Part shown: one piece after another, positions 49,601-56,936 of the stretch
How the letters are laid out: the number at the start of each line of letters is the position of its first letter
Position numbering within the stretch: the first letter of the stretch is position 1
Source of the DNA: Puniceicoccales bacterium
Lineage (GTDB): Bacteria; Verrucomicrobiota; Verrucomicrobiia; Opitutales; JAIRLM01
Assembly (NCBI GenBank): GCA_031282835.1
Contig: JAITCU010000020.1
Span: 15,805 to 79,804 of the forward strand
DNA length: 64,000 bases
Direction: 5' to 3'
Notes under the pieces: generated by a model
Database searches by the model: none
Told to the model about the DNA's origin: nothing
What the model saw: the letters and a program-made list of their open reading frames with translations, nothing else
Translations under genes and position numbers: made by a program

Positions 49601-52600
49601 ACTCGGTCCGGAGCCATGAGATGCTGCTGATTTTGCCGGAGTTCGGGACAAATCTCTGCAACGGAAATAATCACGTCACTGATAAAATCCAGATGCGCCT
49701 GGGGCATTCCCGGCAGCTGTCCGGCTGCCGGAGGTAGGGAAACATTCAGGTATTCCAGCGGGTTGAGGATGCGGTCAATTTCGTCGCCGATGAATATGGC
49801 ATCTTCGCCGAGAAGTTTGAAGATGTCTAGCAAAGTTTGGAGGCAAAGTTCATCCGTTTTGTTCCGCTGGGGCTTCCGCGCCAGGAGCTTGAATTGGGCT
49901 TCGAGTATTTCGATGGTGGTCGGGTCGATGACGAACACCCGGTCCCGCTCCTCCAGCGCCATTTGCATCTCCCGCAAAAGCCACTCCAGATTCCACGGTT
50001 CCCGTGTGTCCTGGAGGGTGAAGTTCGCGGACACAACCCGTATGTTCAGCCGCGAAAAGCTGGGTGCCAGTTCTGCGCGGAGGGCGTCAAACTGGGATTG
50101 ATTGTGGGCACAAACAAATGGGAGCTTCCGCTGCTGGGCTACCCGGGCGGCGTAGGTGGGGATGACCACACTCGTCTTTCCGGCGCCCATCTGCATTTGT
50201 ATGACCGTATCCGTTGGATTTTCCGCCCCCAAACCATCACACAATTTTTTAAGGATGTCGATTTGCCCGCGGCGGGCGTGTTTGCCGCTAACATATTCGT
50301 TGAGAAGGGCGTAGGGGTAACTTTCCGGGTTGTAGGTGTCGTCCCATTCTTCTAATTGGTCGAATAGGCGACTTTGGCAGGCGGACCGGCGGGCACCGTC
50401 ATTACCACCGGCACGTTGGAGGTCCTGAATGACTTGCATCAAATTGGCCATGCGGCGGAACATAATTTTGTGCCGCATGTACTGATGGGAACATTCCATG
50501 ATTTGAGGGACGTCGTCCGGCGTGATGCTGGGATTATATTTTTTGAGGAAATGAAAAAATCGCGCCGTATCGGGTGGCACGCGCGTTGCGAATTGGCCGT
50601 AGGCGGCGATGACCGCTTTGAGCTTTATGGGCGCGGAACAAACGACAACGTCCTGTGCCATTAGCATGGGACTCGGTTTGTTGACCAAGGCGAGGAGTTC
50701 CTCATGCAATTTCCGCGTCTCGGCGCGCATTTTTTGGCGGTGGACCTCGATGGATTGAGATGCGGCGTCACAATCGAAGGGCACCTTCTTAAGTTCCTCG
50801 TTGCGAGCTCGCTTGAGAGCCAATTGCTCGGCGCCGGTCTGGATTTCGCCGTTGAGTTCTTCGAGGGATTTTTGAAACGCATCGCCGATGGTATCCCGGT
50901 CGTCTGGGCTTAATTTTTTCAGATAATCCGCTGGAGTAAAATGGAGTGGACTTGCGGGCGCGGGCGAAGGGTTTTGGTGGAAGGCCACGAGCGCTCTTCG
51001 TAAACCTCCAAGGGCGGTTCCGACTCGGAAAAGTTCATCCTGCATGGGCAGGACTTGCAAATCGTGTGCCGCGGACGAGCCACTTTCCATGGCTTGAACT
51101 TTCTCTTCCTTTGCCAGCAACGGGTCGTAGTGCCGTAACCGTTCCGCCGGTTGTGCAAACTCTGCGGCAACTGAACCCGGGCGCAAAAAGTGGTCCAATG
51201 ACAGTAAACGCTTGGCAATGATCGGCTCCTGCGGATTGAGAATGCCGATGGACGCAAGGTGTTCCAACAGGCGCCGCTCCCGGCGGGGATCCATGCGCAA
51301 TTGTAGGGGCATGGAAGGTAAATTTTTGAGGTATGTTTCGAGGAGCGTCCCCAGGGGTTCGTTTTCAAATTTTAAAGCTCCCTCCCTGGGTTTGAGCACG
51401 GCGATGTCATTGCAATTGAGGCCGTACATTTCCGCCCATTTTTCCAATAGGAGCATGTGAACGGCGGCAACCTTCCCGGAATACCCCTTCATGCGTCGGC
51501 CTTCTAAAAGACAGTCTATCATAAGCTGGTGATGGACCGGCGAGAGGGCGGCTCCGGCGTGAAGTCGCTTAAAATATTCCGCAGCTTGGTCGTAGTCGCC
51601 CTGGAGCAGAAAAATGACGCCCAGTTGCAGGTTCCCGTCGTTGGATAATCCATCCAGGCGGGTTGCACCCGGTTCTTCCCGGCGTTGGACGAAGTGCGCC
51701 TCCACGGGTGTGGCTGTCCCGATGAAAGGCTTGTCCATGGTTGGCGTATTGCAGAAGGCGGAGGACACGGTTGCCCCAATTGGCCCAGCTCGCCCAAGCA
51801 TCTGGGCCACGCCGTCGGGCGCCGCATCATCCAATGCATCATCTCGCTGTGATTGTAAGCCGACGGCGGGCATTATAACTTTGTAGGAACCGGGCTGTTT
51901 CGTATTATGCAAAAAAATCGCATTTTTGTAGCTCCCGAGTGGGTTTGATTTTTTATTGCCGCCCGGGCCGGCGTACATCTCCGGCACGTCTACCAGCTGG
52001 TAATCCGTGCCGCGCTGCATCCATTTGTCGTCGCGCAACTCAAAGCATAAATCATAACGAGGGGCCCAGACCTTTTGCAGCTTGTTATGCGCATCCACAA
52101 AAAAAGCGCAATTTTTCTCATTTTCGAAGCGGGAGAGCCATGTGACACTTTGGGGGTTAGGATGGGGCGCCAAGAAAAGGCCCTTGTATGGTTCAAACGT
52201 GCACTCCAGTTTCCAGTCGGGACCGCTTCCCTGGCTTTGGAAGTAGATGATTTCTGGATGTTTCCGATCGCGCACCTGCAGTTGTCCACCGGGCCCCATC
52301 CATGCGGTGTATGTTTCGCTGCATAGCCAATTCGGAAGTTGAAGAGCCCTTTGTAAAATTCTCGCCGGTGCGTACTGCCACCACTGGTCCGATTTACCGA
52401 AATTGGTGCTAATCACCTGTCCATGCGTACCATAGGAAAGTCGGACGTTCCCGTAGGCTGGATCGGTGAAGGATGTCCATTCGCCGCTGTGGATAAATTC
52501 GCGGTTTTCAGGGCCAAAAAGCCGCTGATAGTCCCGCGCACTGGTGAGTGTGTCCGCCGTTCGAATTTCGTGCCCGCCCCAGAAAACGTGGAAATTGTTA

Positions 52601-55600
52601 AAATCTACCCAGGAATTTTTTGGCACCTCTCCCCCCATGCGTTGGCAGAAACTTGCCAATATTGATCGTTCGATGCGTGCCCGTTTGTTTGGAGACTTTT
52701 GCAGGAGACCACCCAGCTCTGGAACGGTACCACAAATGGTTTTGTAGCAGGAGTGCGGTATGCCTTGTAATTTGAGCGCGCGGGAGGCGAAAACGTCTCC
52801 GTAGAACCCGACGAGGAGTCCATCATCGATTTCTTCAATTTTGGAGCCATCGGTGAAGAACTTCATCCGTTCCACGGCGAGCTCGACCCTGGCTAGGTGT
52901 AAAATCGCCTGTTCGTCCGAGCCCAGGGTGCGGCCAAACTTTCTTTCTATTTCGTCGAGTTGCTGTAACCTCAATTCGACGGATGGGAAAATGGGTTCTT
53001 CGGTGGAACTAAATGGGCAGCCATGTATCTCCATGTGGATTTCTTGACACTGATGGATGAGGTGTGCCATGTAACAAAGGGCGTGTACGTCTGGCCGCTG
53101 GAAGGGTTTCATTTCCAGGTGGAGGCGCAGGACGGAGTTATACGTATCTTGCAATACTCTGAATAATTTTTCCGGATTTCGTTCGATCTCATCGGCAAGG
53201 GAACAAACCGGTCGGCTGGCAAACGGCCTTTCTCTGAAGAGTTGGCCATCCATTACGTAATGGGATCTGTTTTCCGCGGCGTTGGGAATGGATTCCGGAC
53301 GCTCGGCCTGTTGAAAGTTGGCAAGCAGCATGTTGTCCAACAGCGCAAGGAGCATGGTCTTTCCGTGCTGTTCCCTGTCATCGACGCCGAAACGGCTGAA
53401 TAGATCCAGGTGTGAATTGATGATGTCGAAGAGGGAATACACCTGCGTCCCGGGGACGGAGAGGGCCTTCCCAATTTCATAGAATAGGGGATGCTCGGCA
53501 AACGCCGTGTTGCCACCGTTTAGGAAACGTTTGCTGTGATATTCCAGCTTGGCCGGGGCGCCACGGCCATCGCACACCAGCTCAGGGACATGGGTCACAT
53601 TCCATGGGTCCAGGGCGGACACGTGATTTTCATCGTTGAAGCAGCGCCAATTGAACTTATCGCGTTCGTCCCAGTAATCCCACATGAGAGGAAGTTGATC
53701 CGATTGGACGCAGGCGCTCTCAAGTTGTACGCTTGGAAGCTGGTGCGGGTAAAATTCGTTGAATAAAAGTTTCGGACCGGGGATACCACCCAAAATCTTG
53801 CGCACGGACTCCCAATGGGCGCATTGGTCCTCAAATACGTATTTCGTGTCGTCGACGGATCTTGCCCAAACGTACGCCCATTTTCGTTCTTCGAAAAACT
53901 TGTCCATTTGGCCGTCAGGAGCTCCCGGGACTATCTTGCCAGCCACATTTTGAAAACCGGGACACGCCGCTGAAAAGCGTTGCAATTGACTCATGCCCTC
54001 GTCAGGTCCATGGCCGCCGTAGTTACAATACGAACGCATATAGGAATCACTGCGATCGATGGTTCCACAACCTAACGAAAAATCCACGGTCTGTGACTTG
54101 TTGTGCCTGTAAAAGTCTAACACCTTTTGCTGTCGTTCGCGATCTGCGGCGGACATGGATTGGCATGCGTCATTGGCGGTAAATAATTCAAATACATGGC
54201 AATCAAGTGAATATGCGGACAGACTGTCATCTGTCGCGCCACCGAGGCCTCCGGGCATTTTTAATAGCCAGAATGTGACCAGCCTGATATTGGTCACTTC
54301 CGCCGCGAATGGGGCCGCAATGTGCCAGGGGAGTTCGGCGCTGCTTTGGTCCAAAATTTGTTCCTCGAGGCCGGAACTGAAGAAATGTCGGTAGCCATCG
54401 GTTACGGACGACAAACTACCCCCCATTTGCTCGGTTAGCTTATCTAAGAATCTAGCAAAGATAGCAACGCACCGCTTATGGTCGTCAGAGTTCCCCTGCG
54501 CCCAGAATGGATCATTGGGCAATGGCAAAAGGGACATCAATTCCTTGGCGTAAAAGATACCCGCGTAGTCGTAGGGTTTACTTGTGGTGTCAAATGAGAA
54601 ATTCGCCATCGCATTAAGAACTTTGGCGTAATCTCTCTTTAGCAATTCGATTTCCGGGCGGACGATCTCAATGTGGGGGACCACATCGGCTTCGGTGGCC
54701 TTGTGAAGCACGCTTTGAATTTTAGCCGACATGTCACCACCCGGCGGCGGGGCGATGGTTTCAGGGAATGCATTTCGCGTCTCCGCCTGGTGCATGGCTT
54801 GGTAGTATTCGGGACTTTTTAGTGTGGTGTCGCATCGGTTCAAAAGGGCTTCCATCCCGTCAACGTATGGCGCAGCATCCGCGGAAAGTTCCTTAAGCCT
54901 ATGGCCATATTTTCTTAGAAAAAGCTCCGTGGTACCGACGCTTTCCCGGAGCATCCACAATTGATCCATTTTCCGCGCCGGGTCTCCAGCGGGATCGGTA
55001 AGTACATTGCTACAATGGTCATGAAGTGCCCCAAGCGCGCCCAGGCGGTTGAAGAGTTCGATGAGCCGCGTGTATTCACCGCTGCGTTTGACGAGCGCTT
55101 TCAATTCCGAAGGTGTTCCGTGTGGGTGTTTGCGCAAGAGATGCTGATAGATCGTCATGCGGAAGAGTGCCGCCAACGAAGCCCATGGGTCTTTATCGGA
55201 AACCTTGGAAAATAAATCCCCACGCAATGCTGCATGGCCATCCAGGAGAACCTCGTGGCCAATCTGGGTACTGGGATCCTCACCCCCCCAAAGTTTTTCG
55301 AAATTGCCTTGCTGGGCTGCAAATTCAATGAATTTGGGTAGAATGCTTTTGAGTGCATCCGCATTCAGGTGGAAGGACCGGCCCAGTCGGCTTTTTTCTA
55401 CGAAGGACGCATGCCTCTGTTTGTCGAATTCACCGCGCGCCCGGCTGGAACTAACATCGATCTCATGAAAATAAAATGTCCCGTCATCCAGCTTCTCAAC
55501 CACCACATAGCAGCAACTGGTTTGGCCATGAGCCTCGGGATAAGTGAGAGGCATGCAAAATCGTTGGCCTGGGTTTAGCGTACGGATTTTCTCAGAGATT

Positions 55601-56172
55601 TCCTCAGATTTTGCGGCAATTTGTGTTTTCAGCTCCGGTTCCCATAACGCCGCAAACGGGACCATTTCCGCGGAGAATGCTTGCGCCTGCTTGGCCATTG
55701 AGCGCAGTTCGGCGACCAAATCATGGGCCTCGCGGCCTTTGAGGATCCCCTCCATTTGGTCGAATACCCGCACGCTTGTTTCCAGCGGAGATTGCGAATC
55801 GCCATCATTTTCAATGGAAGTTTCGTGGATGAATTCGCGCATCAGGACCGGACCAACGGGCGCAGAGAAATGAGACGGGCTTTCCTCCTCGGGCGGCAAT
55901 GCGTTGGATGGAGCAAACGCCTCGGAAAACGGGTTGATATTCATAATGGCGGTATTATACATCTCCCGGGAGAGAACGCAATGCTCTCCCCATGGAATGT
56001 CTATTATAAATAGACAATTCCCCGGGTTGGCAAAATTTAAAGTAGAATTTTTGATTTGAAGATGCCCTTTTAGCAGACACACTCCCTTCTTTTGTTTTTT
56101 CATATTTTCTCGCGCTTTCTTAATATTAGAGCACGCCACGCCACCGGAAGGGTCTTCCGGACATGGCGCCAT
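46675..56172 (-). CDS. giant (3165-aa) tail-anchored protein with a SecA/SF2-like P-loop ATPase module (candidate effector)
   Basis: Uninterrupted 9498-nt ORF. Motifs: QMQMGAGKTSVVIP (nt 50173-50187), FIGDEIDRIL (49774-49785), VGFSGTM (48832-48846) and YDEQRCTGTDLPLP (~48364-48393). A C-terminal bilobed hydrophobic anchor at 46678-46860. No signal peptide. The start codon is uncertain. Confidence 0.9.
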   Translation of the reverse strand: MAPCPEDPSGGVACSNIKKARENMKKQKKGVCLLKGHLQIKNSTLNFANPGNCLFIIDIPWGEHCVLSREMYNTAIMNINPFSEAFAPSNALPPEEESPSHFSAPVGPVLMREFIHETSIENDGDSQSPLETSVRVFDQMEGILKGREAHDLVAELRSMAKQAQAFSAEMVPFAALWEPELKTQIAAKSEEISEKIRTLNPGQRFCMPLTYPEAHGQTSCCYVVVEKLDDGTFYFHEIDVSSSRARGEFDKQRHASFVEKSRLGRSFHLNADALKSILPKFIEFAAQQGNFEKLWGGEDPSTQIGHEVLLDGHAALRGDLFSKVSDKDPWASLAALFRMTIYQHLLRKHPHGTPSELKALVKRSGEYTRLIELFNRLGALGALHDHCSNVLTDPAGDPARKMDQLWMLRESVGTTELFLRKYGHRLKELSADAAPYVDGMEALLNRCDTTLKSPEYYQAMHQAETRNAFPETIAPPPGGDMSAKIQSVLHKATEADVVPHIEIVRPEIELLKRDYAKVLNAMANFSFDTTSKPYDYAGIFYAKELMSLLPLPNDPFWAQGNSDDHKRCVAIFARFLDKLTEQMGGSLSSVTDGYRHFFSSGLEEQILDQSSAELPWHIAAPFAAEVTNIRLVTFWLLKMPGGLGGATDDSLSAYSLDCHVFELFTANDACQSMSAADRERQQKVLDFYRHNKSQTVDFSLGCGTIDRSDSYMRSYCNYGGHGPDEGMSQLQRFSAACPGFQNVAGKIVPGAPDGQMDKFFEERKWAYVWARSVDDTKYVFEDQCAHWESVRKILGGIPGPKLLFNEFYPHQLPSVQLESACVQSDQLPLMWDYWDERDKFNWRCFNDENHVSALDPWNVTHVPELVCDGRGAPAKLEYHSKRFLNGGNTAFAEHPLFYEIGKALSVPGTQVYSLFDIINSHLDLFSRFGVDDREQHGKTMLLALLDNMLLANFQQAERPESIPNAAENRSHYVMDGQLFRERPFASRPVCSLADEIERNPEKLFRVLQDTYNSVLRLHLEMKPFQRPDVHALCYMAHLIHQCQEIHMEIHGCPFSSTEEPIFPSVELRLQQLDEIERKFGRTLGSDEQAILHLARVELAVERMKFFTDGSKIEEIDDGLLVGFYGDVFASRALKLQGIPHSCYKTICGTVPELGGLLQKSPNKRARIERSILASFCQRMGGEVPKNSWVDFNNFHVFWGGHEIRTADTLTSARDYQRLFGPENREFIHSGEWTSFTDPAYGNVRLSYGTHGQVISTNFGKSDQWWQYAPARILQRALQLPNWLCSETYTAWMGPGGQLQVRDRKHPEIIYFQSQGSGPDWKLECTFEPYKGLFLAPHPNPQSVTWLSRFENEKNCAFFVDAHNKLQKVWAPRYDLCFELRDDKWMQRGTDYQLVDVPEMYAGPGGNKKSNPLGSYKNAIFLHNTKQPGSYKVIMPAVGLQSQRDDALDDAAPDGVAQMLGRAGPIGATVSSAFCNTPTMDKPFIGTATPVEAHFVQRREEPGATRLDGLSNDGNLQLGVIFLLQGDYDQAAEYFKRLHAGAALSPVHHQLMIDCLLEGRRMKGYSGKVAAVHMLLLEKWAEMYGLNCNDIAVLKPREGALKFENEPLGTLLETYLKNLPSMPLQLRMDPRRERRLLEHLASIGILNPQEPIIAKRLLSLDHFLRPGSVAAEFAQPAERLRHYDPLLAKEEKVQAMESGSSAAHDLQVLPMQDELFRVGTALGGLRRALVAFHQNPSPAPASPLHFTPADYLKKLSPDDRDTIGDAFQKSLEELNGEIQTGAEQLALKRARNEELKKVPFDCDAASQSIEVHRQKMRAETRKLHEELLALVNKPSPMLMAQDVVVCSAPIKLKAVIAAYGQFATRVPPDTARFFHFLKKYNPSITPDDVPQIMECSHQYMRHKIMFRRMANLMQVIQDLQRAGGNDGARRSACQSRLFDQLEEWDDTYNPESYPYALLNEYVSGKHARRGQIDILKKLCDGLGAENPTDTVIQMQMGAGKTSVVIPTYAARVAQQRKLPFVCAHNQSQFDALRAELAPSFSRLNIRVVSANFTLQDTREPWNLEWLLREMQMALEERDRVFVIDPTTIEILEAQFKLLARKPQRNKTDELCLQTLLDIFKLLGEDAIFIGDEIDRILNPLEYLNVSLPPAAGQLPGMPQAHLDFISDVIISVAEICPELRQNQQHLMAPDRVQEVLRRLSQNVLEEKFAIQIPDEMRNSFHKYVLGQFDNVPETDTATRQEANAFLAFLQQQKEQGTAASLRSYDRILIARGLLGTLLPHLFTQKYNQNFGFGLDGACIPFKGPNEPNLGSEFKNCYQTACCFFAGISIDGVPLRMLESYVDMLSRLVADEESQRKAFDEFDEIFKDCNYEDRPVTVETLVTTADPSTRKKICECLCAFLRQDTQISGRQKVARIFAQKSIHFSTQSVESKSAQFPRLFSRTVGFSGTMANKGVYNFAKVDIQLQAGSDGQVIARNCELMGARPQPIQFVDNGEARPTAKMLLEAHVGGVTGLRALIDAGALLNGQHPRDVARDILAFAQKDIPDVRHVLYYDPDRQTFFVLCADRTEPIAIRPMNREALAAVVNDFNALFAYYDEQRCTGTDLPLPIDCHALQTLDPSWLTTDRNAQANIRPRAFLSSQTIDYMALEKSRPQFLRLADGGEPTAADIYATLQRNQSRSIIQQYIRASYDKVDTLVDDFIRRTAIALASDPWRLSIFSNAVGELLTKVDDFSPEAMFFALQRTMSLNEAVEAYYNRKVQLLKTKLEQSQLLDRFDEQAAKTFNETKVRILQGTEGICVTVGADNYAGDVDASVQVEVQEQTEVEVNCNISVNLQLEEFLTRVGYGDRLDPKEEDLLIIDGPTDMHTFFADKSRSVPEQIREHGGPMDPKDREIYSQFDACFPSDLYLSRNFAQSCETEHTVFDRTQKHCSYLVITWESERTNPRAIAVSKQEYDTLRAKEGNLQNCCIYLAGTGTCLHGQIPDELKEFRQRKLCELALFNANIPYLLTENSDLVAQVMAADGEGHHDPKLLNLRQNYLLLRTPTQDREDVRTTISHSRPLGMGCGKTWPDGDGNIPVREDIAVVPDRPSKSKIMQVTATRKILHPRWAIALTIISGLLLIAAALALVFTNIIGILAIGIWGYALLFFPGAASGIAAVALWIPRWVG

Positions 56173-56284
56173 TAGGAGGCTAAATGCTATTGTCGTCTTC
56201 GGCCGATTTGCCGAAGTAATAACTCGCCTTTTTTGTTAATTGATTTTCATTGGTTTTCCGATCGTCCAAGCTAGCTTGTTTTTT
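56173..56284 (-). promoter_or_regulatory. conserved structured leader, cassette C5
   Basis: AAAAAACAAGCTAGCTTGGACGATCGG, AATGAAAATCAATTAACAAAAAAGG, and GTTATTACTTCGGCAAATCGGCCGAAGAC with the stem-loop CTTCGGC/GCCGAAG (56197-56216). CCTCCT lies immediately before ATG 56172. Confidence 0.45.
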
Positions 56285-56329
56285 CTACTTACCCGCCGTG
56301 TGGGCGGTGATAATGGTAATACTTTTCAT
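56285..56329 (-). CDS. 14-codon cassette ORF (C5), internally deleted version of the C2/C3 ORF
   Basis: MKSITIITAHTAGK. It has the same promoter, SD and ATGAAAAG start as C2/C3. Whether it is translated is unknown. Confidence 0.3.
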   Translation of the reverse strand: MKSITIITAHTAGK

Positions 56330-56392
56330 GTTGAGCCTTTTTTTAGAATCCTGATTCTGGAATTATCTTGCGGGTAAGTTTGGGAATGTCAA
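56330..56392 (-). promoter_or_regulatory. cassette C5 promoter/operator upstream of the giant gene
   Basis: TTGACA(56392-56387), 19 nt, GATAAT(56367-56362), TCC, AGAATCAGGATTCT (56358-56345), AAAAAAAGGCTCAAC, then ATG at 56329. Confidence 0.55.
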
Positions 56393-56936
56393 CGGCTTTG
56401 TAAAAAACGCATGAATTTGGCAGATATTTTCGGAAAGTCCTCTTTTCGGCGGCAACGTGGCACGAGGTTTCCGGAAGGGGACCTGCCTTCTGGGCCAAGC
56501 CGTTTGTTTATGAAGGCCACAGCCTAGCAACGCCAGCAGTATCCGTGAGCGATTCAAAGATTTAAGACCCTCCACTCAAGAGAATTGCCAACAAAAACAC
56601 AATGTCATGGGTTGCGCAAATGGCAAGATCGGCGGCTGTCAATTCGTAGGCAAAAATCACACCTTATATGATATGCGCAAATACAATTAAGTGCGAATTG
56701 CAAAGCCCAGAGTTGTAAAATCAATAGCCGCGGCTAACTACGCAAATAGCACTCAGCAAACTAGCCATAAAATTTTTGCACATAGCAATTGCCGGTTACT
56801 GCAGGGAAAACTCGCATCGCAAGATCACCCGAGGATGATGCGATAAATTTTTGACAGACCCAACTATAATTCCGCCTAGAAATAATAGGTTTGGCGTTGT
56901 CATTGGCGGGATGGATAGCATTCATTGCCCCGGATA

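Noticed and set aside
46675-56172. The giant protein as a LifA/lymphostatin or large clostridial toxin-like cytotoxin, as in some Chlamydia (similar size, ~3200 aa).
   Set aside because: I could not locate the glycosyltransferase DXD context or the YopT-like Cys/His/Asp protease motifs. The motifs actually visible are P-loop/DExD ATPase motifs, so this call is unsupported.
56170-56220. A plus-strand tiny ORF with a perfect SD (AGGAGGCTAAATGCTATTGTCGTCTTCGGCCGATTTGCCGAAGTAA, 11 aa), antisense to the C5 leader. A similar 11-codon ORF lies opposite the C2 leader.
   Set aside because: The SD is the complement of the CCTCCT before the giant ATG. The C3 copy lacks an ATG. It is probably coincidental, though an antisense regulator cannot be excluded without RNA data.
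56285-56329. Reading MKSITIITAHTAGK (and MKNVIIIAPP) as a thr/ilv-type attenuation leader, by resemblance to E. coli thrL [21 protein letters not shown].
   Set aside because: The downstream genes are not amino-acid biosynthesis genes. I could not find alternative terminator and antiterminator pairings ending in a U-run. The longer paralogs (61-64 aa) are not codon-run leaders.
56700-56936. A glmS ribozyme upstream of glmS.
   Set aside because: I recognised no conserved ribozyme core. That element is typical of Firmicutes rather than Gram-negative lineages. This cannot be excluded without an Rfam scan.
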